The notes beneath the pieces are model-generated. The model was not told the DNA's origin. It made no database searches and saw nothing but the letters and a program-made list of their open reading frames with translations. Shown here one piece after another: positions 1-14,749 of a stretch of DNA of 64,000 bases. Numbering within the stretch: position 1 is the first letter of the stretch; the number at the start of each line of letters is the position of its first letter. Origin of the DNA: Eledone cirrhosa. Lineage: Eukaryota. Where the stretch lies: assembly GCA_964016885.1 (NCBI GenBank), contig OZ024747.1, forward strand, positions 74,958,001-75,022,000. Reading direction: 5' to 3'. The translations under genes were made by a program, and so were the position numbers.

Positions 1-740
1 AGTAAAATAAGTTGGATTACTTTGAATAAATAGGGAATGAATATTACATAATTTATCTACTAAATTTCGTGGTTGTTGATTGAATATATTTTGTTTATTT
101 AAAGATTCACTTCTTTAAAATTTCTGAAATGTCAACACTTCCGGTTGGCCATCGCTAAAATAAACATACTAATTTTCTGTCACTAATTTTCTCCTAATGC
201 AGTTTATATATAATATCGTCTTTTTTAATGTATCATGGATTACGTTACTGATTAAATAAGACAGTGTAACGCAGTCTTCGTTCAATTTCTATGTATTATA
301 TATTGTCAATTACGATTTTATTTGATGTATCATATCTACATGTATATATACTTGTGTATAATATCAATATACACACTACACATGCTAGCAGAAAACCACT
401 AGAAGAGTGGTCTTTCTGCTAGTAATAATAATATATTGTTCGTTTTATTTCATGGACATGAAATATTGATAAAGTAATGTTTTGTTTACATTTATTGTCA
501 TTTATTTATTAAAAAAATAAGATATTTATCTTTTTCTCTTGATAATCAGTTGTAATTTTCTCCAAGACACGTTTCATATTAACTGACTCGATACCTGCAG
601 AGCAATATAGATTATCAGAAATATATTATTATTGTTATTTTTAAAATTATAGTTGATCTTTAGCAAAGGTCTTTTTACTTTCCATATATATATCGTCGCT
701 TATTCAGCATTTCATTAGCAATCTCTGAGTTAATTTCCCC

Positions 741-1140
741 CCTCCTCCTCTCCTCTCACTTATTCCTGTGAGGGTTGTTGAGGCAGAGTCCTCAAATGTT
801 CTTCCAGCAGGCCCTGTCAGAAGCAACCATCTCCAACTGATCCGGCTGGGCCCCCCCAAGCGAGACTAGCTAAGCTCATGAATGTTACCCAACGATCTTG
901 CTTGGTGTCTACCCTTTGGTTTCCTGCTGGTTGGTTTTGCCCATAAAATCTGTCCAGCAATTCCTTCCTGAGACATTCTAACCACATCCCCATAGTATTG
1001 GAGCTGTGATCTCTCAATTTGGAGAAGTAGCAGCTCTACCTGGAGCAACTCTCTGACCTCCGAGCTACATACTCTATCGAGTAATGTTACTCTAAAGACC
1101 CTTCAGAGGAACTTCATTTCGGCCATTACTCTCATAACTG
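741..1140 (-). mobile_element. Degenerate RTE-clade LINE 3' fragment (family 2)
   Basis: Minus strand translates to RSQLQYYGDVVRMSQEGIAGQILWAKPTSRKPKGRHQAR, typical of the RTE RT C-terminus. Ends ggaataagtgag plus a purine-rich tail. Homologous copies at ~29730-29977 and 33881-34145. Confidence 0.7.
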
Positions 1141-1182
1141 TTTAGCACACACACACCCCTTCCCCAGCCAACCCTGATTTTG

Positions 1183-1271
1183 ATACTTGCCCAAGGTATC
1201 ACATAATGGGATTGAACATGAGACCACATGGCCACGAAGTGAGCTTCTTAACCAGACAGCCATACTTGCAT
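1183..1271 (-). mobile_element. tRNA-derived SINE head fragment
   Basis: Reverse complement reads tggctgtctggttaag (A-box-like), gttcaatccc (B-box-like), then ccttgggcaagt. Confidence 0.55.
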
Positions 1272-1710
1272 CATTAAGTTAACTTAAAAAGGTGAAGTGT
1301 TTGCTCAATGGATAATGAAGGAAGAATTCAATTATAAAAGTTGGAATATTTCACATGTGATGGAGGAACATTTGAGAGAAAAATATATTTTCAAACCACT
1401 TGAATGGCAAATAATTAAATGTGTGCTTTGTGATCTGATTTAACAAAATAAACCAAAAGATGTTTTAGTAAACACATTAGTGTAGCTATTTAAAAAGATA
1501 AGATTTGTTATTTAACAGAAGACAACATGATATTAAGAGCTGGTGTATAATTATATAATAGAAAACAAATTTATTTTGGTATAATCATGTTAAGTTGGTC
1601 ATCTTCCCACTGTCATGACATGAAGGTTTTAAATAAAGCTGTTGCCATCACTGATTAATTATTCAAATATTGAGCTAACTCTTTGATATTGTGTGTATGA
1701 AAAAATTATT

Positions 1711-2310
1711 TTAACCCTTTTCATATTAAACTGCTTGAAACTGTTTTGGGTTCTGTGATACAAAGCTGTTTATTTTTAAAATGTTTATATTTACTCTCGG
1801 GTCCCAAATAATAGGTGGGTGGATGGAAATAAACAAGGGGGTTGGTATAAGTGGTAGGGTTGGAAAATCGGTAATTTTTCTAGGTTGACTCCCTGATATT
1901 TAAAAAAAAAAACAGAATTAGTCATTTAGTTTACATATTGAGACCCCCAACTAATCCTATTTATTTTATAATGTATGGGTTTTTTAGTAATGTACTTTTT
2001 TTTGTCATGCCTAATGTTTTTTAATGTCTAAAGAAAATTAATTGTTGCAGGAACGCTACCACTTAAAATAAGATTTCACTGTAGATAGATTAGTAAAATT
2101 TAATAGGCAGTAAGTTGGGAAAAATTTGAAAAATCAATAAGGGTGAGGGGGGGCAATTAATCGAGACCCGAGGCTGTCTAAAAATCATTCTATCACAATT
2201 TTATGTAAGAACCTTTTTTTAAGTTAAGTTTGTTCTAAACATCAGATTAATAATTATCTGAAAATTAGAGTCATTGGTTTTCATTGGAAATATGGTAATG
2301 AAAGTGTTAA
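1711..2310. mobile_element. TTAA-ended piggyBac-like MITE (family M1), interrupted by a second MITE
   Basis: Starts ttaacccttt and ends tatggtaatgaaagtgttaa. The same family recurs through the window in both orientations. Confidence 0.55.
1792..2173. mobile_element. Nested MITE with imperfect TIRs
   Basis: Left end tactctcgggtcccaaataa, right end ttaatcgagacccgagg (inverted ctcgggtc core). Confidence 0.45.
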
Positions 2311-2539
2311 ATATCTGAATTATAAAGATGATGCAAGGTCATTTAAAAAAACAACTATTTAATTAGGGAGTCAGGTCTCCTGTAAACTAGTTGGAGGAAG
2401 ATATCCTCTAAGTGGAGACCTAATCCTCCATTGTATGGAATTACATACAAGGGATTTCTTTTATTATATATTTTACAGGCAATCAGTACCACTTTAATTT
2501 CAATAAGATGTGACAAAAATTGTTATATATACATACACA

Positions 2540-2576
<37 letters not shown>

Positions 2577-2592
2577 GTTTATATATGTATGT

Positions 2593-3832
2593 ATCATCAT
2601 CATCATCATCGTTTACCGTCCATATTCCACGCTTGCATGGGTTTGGACGGGAGTTTTCCCACTTGAGGCAAGAGTGGTTGTCTTGCTCGCATAGGACTGT
2701 CTGGCGGGTTTTCTACGGCTGGATGCCCGTCCTAAAACCAACCACATTTACAGTGTGGAACTGGGAGGTTTTAACCATGTTACCTACACGGCCACATTAC
2801 AGCGTGGACTGTGTGTTTTTTTGTCGTGACACCTACACGACCTCATTTGTTTCGGGCGGATGTTGTGGTACCAACATAACTTTACATTGAAAGGGGCGGT
2901 GTGGATGGGGTGGGGGTGGTGGGACGGGGGTGTATTTTGTTAGAGATGCCTACTGACTGTAGTAGGTTTCACTTTGTACTTAGGTAAGGCGGGTCTTCTC
3001 TATTACTGTGTAGTGCCAAAGATCTCGGTCCAGTGACATTGTCTTGGAGAGGTGTAAGTGTGTGAGGTCGGAATTTATCAAGTCGTCCCAGGTTTTTCTG
3101 GGTCTGCCTACTCCGTGGCTACCGTCTATTTTTATTGCCCTGCACTTTTTTATACAGCTGTCGTCTTTCATCACGTGGCCGTACCAACGTAGTCTTCTCT
3201 CGAGTAAACAGCATCTGATCCCTCTTATTCCTAATTTCTCCCTTAGTTCGTTTATACTTTGCCGTTCACGTATATTACTATTACACATCCAGCGGAGCAT
3301 GCAAGCTTCGTTCCTCTCCAGTCTGCATATATCCTCTGCACACAATGCCCAGGTCTCACTGCCATGCAACATTGCTGTTTGTATGCAGGCATCATACAGC
3401 CTCCCTTTCATTTTTAGGGAGAACCCTTTAGCGTCTAATAGTGGTATAAGCTCTTTGAACTTTTTCCATCCAGTTCTGACTCTAGCTACTGTACTTTCAG
3501 AGCACCCTCCCCCACTGCTGATTTTGTCACCCAGGTAACGGAAGCTGTCCACTATTTCTATAGAACCATCTGTGCAATTGAATGAGCTAGTATTCTGTGG
3601 GCACTTGCTGCTACTTATTGCACCAGAGCACCAGCCACATATAAAATCTATGTTCTTAGTTAGCTTACCTGTGATCCCACTACATATTTTATGCACCCAT
3701 ACTTTTCATTTGGGACATAAAATGGAGTTTCTACCTACTCATTTCCTACACACTGAGCATGGCCATTTCCCGGATGGGACCGGCGACCTATTTTCCTTCC
3801 TACAAACTAGAACTTTAGTCTTAGACAGGTTA
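2593..3832 (-). mobile_element. 5'-truncated RTE LINE (family 1, subfamily b): RT C-terminus, PHD-like Cys cluster and 3' UTR with (TGA)n tail
   Basis: ORF 2980-3696 contains FRYLGD, MLHGSETW and RRLRWYGHV. Clearly homologous to the ORF at 20809-21792. (cat)n tail at 2593-2610. Confidence 0.9.
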
Positions 3833-3878
3833 TAGATAGTTTATATATGTATGTATATATATATATATATTTATATAT

Positions 3879-4023
3879 GTTGGTATTAGGAAGGGCATCA
3901 AGCTGTAGAAAACCCGCCAGATAGTCCTATGCGAGCAAGATAATCACTCTTGCCTCAAGTGGGAAAACCCCCGTCCAAACCCATGCAAGTGTGGAACACG
4001 GACGTTAAACGTTAATGATGATG
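3879..4023 (+). mobile_element. RTE/SINE 3'-tail fragment, inverted copy of 2593-2745
   Basis: ggaagggcatcaagctgtagaaaacccgccag...ggacgttaaacgttaatgatgatg is the reverse complement of the 3' UTR at 2593-2745. Confidence 0.8.
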
Positions 4024-4961
4024 TATGTATATATATATGTTTATATATGTATGTATATATATATATATGTTTATATATGTATGTATATATATATATATGT
4101 TTATATATGTATGTATATATATATATATATGTTTATATATGTATGTATATATATATATATATGTTTATATATGTATGTATATATATATATGTTTATATAT
4201 GTATGTATATATATATGTTTATATATGTATGTATATATATATATGTTTATATATGTATGTATATATATATGTTTATATATGTATGTATATATGTTTATAT
4301 ATATGTATATATATATGTATATATATATATGTATGTATATATATATATGTTTATATATATATATGTTCATATATGTATGTATATATATATATGTTTATAT
4401 ATGTATGTATATATATATATGTTTATATATGTATGTATATATATATGTTTATATATGTATGTATATATATATGTTTATATATGTATGTATATATATATGT
4501 TTATGTATGTATATATATATGTTTATATATATATGTATGTATATATATATGTTTATATATATATGTATGTATATATATGTTTATATATATATGTATGTAT
4601 ATATATGTTTATATATATATGTATGTATATATATATGTTTATATATGTATGTATATATATATATGTTTATATATATATGTATGTATATATATATATATGT
4701 ATATATATATATGTATATATATGTATATATATATATGTATATATATATATGTATATATATGTATGTTTATATATGTATATATATGTATGTATATATATGT
4801 ATGTTTATATATGTATGTTTATATATGTATGTATATATATGTATGTTTATATATGTATGTTTATATATGTATGTTTATATATGTATGTTTATATATGTAT
4901 GTTTATATATGTATGTATATATATATATGTTTATATATGTATGTATATATATATATATGTT

Positions 4962-4997
<36 letters not shown>

Positions 4998-5283
4998 TAT
5001 GTTTATATATATATGTATGTATATATATATATGTATATATATATATGTTTATATATGTATGTATATATATATATGTTTATATATGTATGTATATATATAT
5101 GTTTATATATGTATGTATATATATATGTTTATATATGTATGTATATATATATGTTTATATATGTATGTATATATATATGTTTATATATATATGTATGTAT
5201 ATATATGTTTATATATATATGTATGTATATATATATGTTTATATATGTATGTATATATATATATGTTTATATATATATGTATG

Positions 5284-5316
<33 letters not shown>

Positions 5317-5523
5317 GTATATATATGTATATATATATATGTATATATATATATATGTATATATATGTATGTTTATATATGTATATATATGTATGTATAT
5401 ATATGTATGTTTATATATGTATGTTTATATATGTATGTTTATATATGTATGTTTATATATGTATGTTTATATATGTATGTATATATATATATGTTTATAT
5501 ATGTATGTATATATATATATGTT

Positions 5524-5559
<36 letters not shown>

Positions 5560-5799
5560 TATGTTTATATATGTATGTATATATATATATGTATATATAT
5601 ATATGTTTATATATGTATGTATATATATATATGTTTATATATGTATGTATATATATATATGTTTATATATGTATGTATATATATATGTTTATATATGTAT
5701 GTATATATATATATGTTTATATATGTTTATGTATGTATATGTATGTATGTATGTATATATATGTATGTATGTATATATATGTATGTATGTATATATATG

Positions 5800-5831
<32 letters not shown>

Positions 5832-6197
5832 TATGTATGTATATATATATGTATATATATATATGTATGTATATATATATGTATGTATATATATATATGT
5901 ATGTATATATATATATGTATGTATATATATATATGTATGTATATATATATATGTATGTATATATATATATGTATGTATATATATATATGTATGTATATAT
6001 ATATGTATGTATATATATATATATGTATATATATATATGTATGTATATGTATATATGTATATATATGTATGTATGTATATATATATATGTATGTATATAT
6101 ATATATGCATGTATATATGTATGTATGTATGTATATATATATATGTATGTGTATGTATGTATGTATGTATGTATGTATGTATATATATATATATATT
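4024..6197. repeat. Compound (TA)n/(TATG)n/(TGTTTA) microsatellite
   Basis: Directly visible. Source of the spurious Y/I/M/V/C ORFs. Confidence 0.97.
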
Positions 6198-6747
6198 TCG
6201 GGTCGTTGGCGACTAAACTGGCAACCCCACCAAGGTTTCTTGGTGAGGAGGGTGGCTTTGGACATCCTGCAGGACTAAAAACAAAACCTGTCAAAAGGCA
6301 AAGGGGCTCTTAAGAGTCAATAGCCATCCAAAATCACCGGGAGAGATGACCCCTTAGCCTTTGTCAAGGCAGAATTCTAGGAGAAGGAAAACTCTGATAT
6401 AACACCTGCAACCCTGATGGTATCCAATGATGTTGAATTGTTCTTCTTTTTGGTAAATATCATCTTGGTTAAGAGAGTGGGACTGGCTTTGTGCAGTGCC
6501 TTTGCTCACTATAAAAGCTTCACGGCACAGGCATTGCTTTATATCTGGAGATCTCTCTGTACTTGTCGTCACATGGTACCATGGGCCCAGCACTATGTGT
6601 CACTAATTGTCACAAGTGTAGTGTTTGTACCAGAGTTTTCAAGTCGCTGGCTGGACTAAAAAGTCACATTCGTTCAGCGCATTGGTAGGGGTTCTCCTAC
6701 ATGGATATAAAGTAGTGGCCGTACTCGAAAACGAGTTGGCAGCCACC
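6198..6747 (+). mobile_element. 608-bp TA-embedded non-coding element, 5'-truncated copy 1
   Basis: Near-identical to 9877-10426. Ends gagttggcagccacc followed by (AT)n. Confidence 0.85.
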
Positions 6748-7728
<981 letters not shown>

Positions 7729-7964
7729 TTTTCTCTTTCTCTTAATTTTGAGTATATTTTTTGACCGGCCACCTTCCTGGTGGCAAGGTTGTAAAAGAAA
7801 AGAAATTGTCATCCCTTGAATCGCAAGAATGTTTTGCAAATTTTGAAGGTGCCAGCTATCGCAGCCATTTGTAGACTATGAATTAGGGAGCTGCGCTTTT
7901 TGTCCGCAAATCCAAGTTCAGTCATACTTTGGTCCAAGCGGGTTGGTATATAACCCGTAGCACC

Positions 7965-8124
7965 AATAATTGTTTCTACTTTAGGCACAAGGCCAGCAAT
8001 TACCCAGTGTATTACTGGTACTTTATTTTATCGACCTCAGCGGGATTTGAACTCAGATCGTAAAGGGACGTAACTATGCTGGAAAGCATGGTGTCTTACC
8101 CTCTACCGATACTGCCAATCCACC
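7965..8124 (-). mobile_element. SINE family A copy with internal deletion
   Basis: Reverse complement ggtggattggcagtatcggtagag...gagttcaaatcccgc...tcgataaaataaagtaccag matches the full copy at 31806-31993. Confidence 0.8.
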
Positions 8125-9818
<1,694 letters not shown>

Positions 9819-10426
9819 GTCAGGTCACCACTTGGTGCTACTGGTAACATGTATCCCAGTACAACCTGTCTCATGGTCGGGTCGTTGGCGACTAAACTGG
9901 CATCCCCACTAAGGTTTCTTGGTGAGGAGGGTGACTTTGGACATCCTGCAGGACTAAAAACAAAACCTGTCAAAGGGCAAAGGAGCTCTTAAGAGTCAAT
10001 GGCCATCCAAAATCACCGGGAGAGATGACCCCTTAGCCTTTGTCAAGGCAGAATTCTAGGAGAAGGAAAACTCTGATATAACACCTGCAACCCTGATGGT
10101 ATCCAATGATGTTGACTTGTTCTTCTTTTTGGTAAATATCATCTTGGTTAAGAGAGTGGGACTGGCTTTGTGCAGTGCCTTTGCTCACTATAAAAGCTTC
10201 ACGGCACAGGCATTGCTTTGTATCTGGAGATCTCTCTGCACTTGTCATTACATGGTACCATGGGCGCAGCACTATGTGTCAATAATTGTCACAAGTGTAG
10301 TGTTTGTACCAGAGTTTTCAAGTTGCTGGCTGGACTAAAAAGTCACACTCGTTCAGCGTATCGGTAGGGGTTCTCCTACATGGTTATAAAGTAGTGGCCG
10401 TACTCGAAAACGAGTTGGCAGCCACC
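9819..10426 (+). mobile_element. 608-bp TA-embedded non-coding element, full-length copy 2
   Basis: gtcaggtcaccacttgg...ggcagccacc, with TA microsatellite on both sides. Same length and ends as the inverted copy at 42073-42680. Confidence 0.88.
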
Positions 10427-10520
10427 ATGTATATATATATGTATGTATATATATATGTATATATATGTATGTATATATATATATATGTATATATATATGT
10501 ATGTATATATATATATATAT

Positions 10521-11420
10521 ACTGTTACCCAATGGGCAGAAAAGAACAACATGTTACTGAACGAAGACAAATTCGAACTGATCCACTTTGGAAAAGAGGA
10601 TGCTCTGAAACTCCCGTACTCCCTTCCCTCCGGGGAAACTCTCGTGGCATCTAACAAAATCAGAGACTTGGGAGTAACCGTGGACAGCAACATAAGCTGG
10701 ACCACGCATATAAGCAGCAAAGTTGACATGGCCCGCAGAATGTGTTCCTGGATCCTCAGAACCTTCCAGTCGAGAGATTCCCGCACCATTATCCTTCTCT
10801 TCTCTACTTTCGCCCGACCACACCCTGAATACTGTTGTCCACTGTGGTCTCCCCACACGAAACAAAGTATCATGAAACTTGAAGCTCCTCAAAGGGCAAT
10901 CACGAAAAAGATAGATGGCATGTCAGACCTTGACTACTGGGGTCGATTGGAAAACCTGAAACTTTACTCACTCCAACGTCGCCGTGAGCGTTATATTATC
11001 TGCATGATGTGGAAAATGTTCCATCATCACTGCCCAAATGATGTTGGCATCGCCTTCAAGATACACCCAAGGCTTGGGCCCCGTGCTATCCGTCCCATTC
11101 AAAAATCTAAATCGCAACTCATAACAACAATACGGCACAATTATTTCACCTCAATCGGCCCTGCTCTCTTCAACATCACACCAGGACACGTCAAAACAGA
11201 AACTGACCACACAAAATTCAAGAAGTCTTTGGACAAATTCCTCCAAGTAATCCCGGACAAACCACCCACACCCGGATATGTCTCCGCAAACAGTAATTCT
11301 CTTCTCGAATGGGCCATGGTGCCCAAATCCTGAATTGAAAGACTTCGCCAGGTGGTGCTATTAAGTTAGACATGGCCTGGGCCAATACTGGCCAAAACAT
11401 TTCAAAGTTATTCAAAGTTA
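10521..11420 (+). mobile_element. CR1/L2-group LINE 3' fragment (RT thumb and C-terminus, open frame to 11333)
   Basis: WAEKNNMLLNEDKF, DLGVTVDSNISWTTHI, RPHPEYCCPLWSP and LYSLQRRRER are characteristic CR1/L2 motifs. Short 3' UTR ends (ttcaaagtta)2. Sits in a TA tract. Confidence 0.88.
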
Positions 11421-11601
11421 TATATGTATATATATATATATATGTATGTATATATGTATGTATATATATATGTATGTATATATATATGTATGTATATATG
11501 TATGTATGTATATATATATGTATGTATATGTATATATATATACGTATGTATATGTATATATATATGTATGTATATGTATATATATATGTATGTATATATA
11601 T

Positions 11602-11634
<33 letters not shown>

Positions 11635-11637
11635 GAT

Positions 11638-11669
<32 letters not shown>

Positions 11670-11763
11670 TATATATATGTATGTATATATATATATATGT
11701 ATGTGTATATATATATATGTATGTATATATATATATATGTATGTGTATATATATATATGTATG

Positions 11764-11796
<33 letters not shown>

Positions 11797-11815
11797 GTAT
11801 ATATATATATATATG

Positions 11816-11854
<39 letters not shown>

Positions 11855-12670
11855 ATATATATATATATATGTATGTATATATATATATATATATGTATGT
11901 ATATATATATATATGTATGTATGTTTATGTATATATATGTATATGTATGTTTATATATATATATGTATGTTTATATATATATATATATATGTATCTTTAT
12001 ATATGTATATATATATATATGGATGTATGTATGTATGGATGTATGTATGTGTATATATATATATATATGAATATATATATGTATATATGAATATATATAT
12101 GTATATATATATATATATGTATATATGTATATAAATATGAATATATATATGTATATATGTATATATGTATATAAATATGAATATATATATGTATATATGT
12201 ATATATGAATATATATATGTATATATGAATATATATATGTATATATGAATGTATATATGAATATATATATGTATATTTGTATATATGAATATATATATAT
12301 GTATATATGAATATTGTTATACTTTGGGAGGGTCATGTTGCCAATAAGATATATGAATATATATATATGTATATATGAATATATATATATGTATATATGA
12401 ATATATATATATATATGTATATATGAATATATATATATATGAATATATATATATATATGAATATATATATATATGTATATATATATGTATATATGAATAT
12501 ATATATATGTATATATGAATATATATATATGAATATATATATATGTATATATGAATATATATATATATATGTATATATGAATATATATACATATATATAT
12601 ATATGAATATATGTATATATGAATATATGTATATATGAATATATATATACATGTATATATGAATATGCAT
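11421..12670. repeat. (TA)n/(TATG)n/(TATGAA) microsatellite with a 39-bp unique island at 12311-12349
   Basis: Directly visible. Confidence 0.95.
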
Positions 12671-13053
12671 AAGGCACATGGCTTTGTGGTTAGAGCAATA
12701 GGCTTGTAATCGAAAGGTTGTGTGTTCAATTCTCGGACCTAGTGATGTGTTGCTTCCTTGAGCAAGACACTTTATTTCACGTTTCTCCAGTTTACTCAGC
12801 TGACAATGAGTACCAGCAATAGCTGGAGGTTTAACCTTGCGATGCACTGGCGTCCTATCCAGGGGGGAGTCTTGTATTCTGTCGCTTCACGCCATGAAAC
12901 CGGGATAAGCACTGGCCAAATGAGCCATCTGGCAGACTTTAGAGTAACGGCCTGCCCGCCCAGCCAGTGGGATGGCATCATCATATGGCTAAAACAGCAC
13001 TTGGTGTGACTAGCGGCGCCGAACGGCGCCCGGCAGACTGGTCGGTCAACGTG
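12671..13053 (+). mobile_element. tRNA-headed SINE family B, variant 1 (CORE-like plus V-like domain, GC hairpin tail)
   Basis: Head tggctttgtggttagagc...gttcaattc, then ccttgagcaagacactttatttc...ccagtttactcagctg (CORE-like), then gcgatgcactggcgtcctatccagggg (V-domain-like). Domain names assigned from recall. Confidence 0.75.
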
Positions 13054-13087
13054 ATATATGAATATATATATGTATGTATATATGAAT

Positions 13088-13584
13088 GGTGACTTTGGAC
13101 ATCCTGCACGACTAAAAACAAAACCTGTCAAAGGGAAAAGGAGCTCTTAAGAGTCAATGGCCATCCAAAATCAACGGGAGAGATGACCCCTTACCCTTTG
13201 TCAAGGCAGAATTCTAGGAGAAGGAAAACTCTGATATAACACCTGCAACTCTGATGGTATCCAATGATGTTGACTTGTTCTTCTTTTTGGTAAATATCAT
13301 CTTGGTTAAGAGAGTGGGACTGGCTTTGTGCAGTGCCTTTGCTCACTATAAAAGCTTCACGGCACAGGCATTGCTTTATATCTGGAGATCTCTCTGCACT
13401 TGTCGTCACATGGTACCATGGCCCCACCAATATGTGTCAATAATTGTCACAAGTGTAGTGTTTGTACCAGAGTTTTCAAGTCGCTGGCTGGACTAAAAAG
13501 TCACACTTGTTCAGCGCATCGGTAGGGGTTCTCCTACATGGATATAAAGTAGTGGCCGTACTCGAAAACGAGCTGGCAGCCACC
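13088..13584 (+). mobile_element. 608-bp TA-embedded element, 5'-truncated copy 3
   Basis: Matches 9930-10426. Same 3' end ggcagccacc followed by atatat. Confidence 0.85.
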
Positions 13585-13649
13585 ATATATGTATGTATGT
13601 GTATATTTATATATATATATGTATATTATTCATATATATATATATATAA

Positions 13650-13711
<62 letters not shown>

Positions 13712-14103
13712 GAAAAGCACACCATTATTTTTTATTTAAAGATACCTTTAGCATGCATCAAAATAGAAAACAATTACACTGAAATTTTCAGTACAAATAT
13801 TTTATTTCAATTATTTACCTTTCTACTTTTATTCTTCCTGTTAGGTATAATGAGAGTAAATTGGCAGCCAGGTTATCAATTAAACTTTCTCTCAGTTTTG
13901 ACAGCTCTTTGAACAAAACCAAAACTTCCCTGAAAAATATCAAACAAATCTTCTAGAAAATACTTTAGTTTTTGTTTGTAAGATTAGAAATCCTTCTCAC
14001 ATTTTATTGGTTTTTTTTTTTTTATTAAAAAAAAATCTCATTTTGAAAGTAAAATTATCAATTTTTGAGTTTAAATAGAAAGTAAAAAGCATTTCTCTAG
14101 AAA

Positions 14104-14295
14104 ATAATAGTGTTTCTACTTTTCGCACAAGGCCAGCTATTACCCCAGTGTATTACTGGTGCTTTATTTTATCGATCCTGTAAGAATGAAAGGCAAAGTT
14201 AACCTCGGTGGGATTTGAACTCAAAATGAAAAGATCCATAACTCTGCAAAGCATGGTGTCTGATGCTCTTCTGATACTGCAAAACTATTGCCATA
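14104..14295 (-). mobile_element. SINE family A copy
   Basis: gcacaaggccag...tttatcgatcctgtaagaatgaaaggcaaagttaacctcggtgggatttgaactc. Confidence 0.75.
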
Positions 14296-14429
14296 GAAAA
14301 TAATAACGATGATGATGAATGTTGAGTCTGTTGTTATATTACAGTTCACACCATTGTAGGTTTAGTTATCCTTCTATGATGTGACATACATCTCATAGGA
14401 GCTTTTAGGTGTGTGTGTTTTATGTTAGG

Positions 14430-14650
14430 GGTCTAGTCTTGTCATGAAAAGACTCCTGACTGGACCAGATACAAGTCTGTTGCAAGGGTTAACATCCCAG
14501 CTGCTGCTTCTGCTGGTACTCAGCTAAGTAGATTGGAGTAACATGAAATGTTTTGATCTGGCACACTATGCATTGCCTGGTCCAGAAATTGAACCCATGG
14601 CCATATAATCAAGAGTCTAACGCCCTAACCACTAGGCCATGTGCCTTCAT
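14430..14650 (-). mobile_element. Degenerate SINE family B copy
   Basis: Reverse complement ggcacatggcctagtggttagggcg...gggttcaatttc followed by a CORE-like segment. Confidence 0.6.
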
Positions 14651-14749
14651 ATTTTGTTGAGTAGCCTTGAAGACAAGATTTGCCACTTTTTTTTCTACTG
14701 TTGGGTTATATTTTGAAGGAAATATATTCGAATGGGGGTTTGAGAGGAC

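Noticed and set aside
6354-6659. Recurring 79-80 aa ORFs in the 608-bp element copies
   Set aside because: They recur only because the copies are near-identical, overlap on opposite strands and show no recognisable motif.
9819-9905. HDV-like ribozyme at the 5' end of the 608-bp element
   Set aside because: P2-like (CCAGT/ACTGG), P4-like (GTCG/CGAC) and CTAA-like pieces exist, but I could not build P1 and P3 in the required order, so it is not called.
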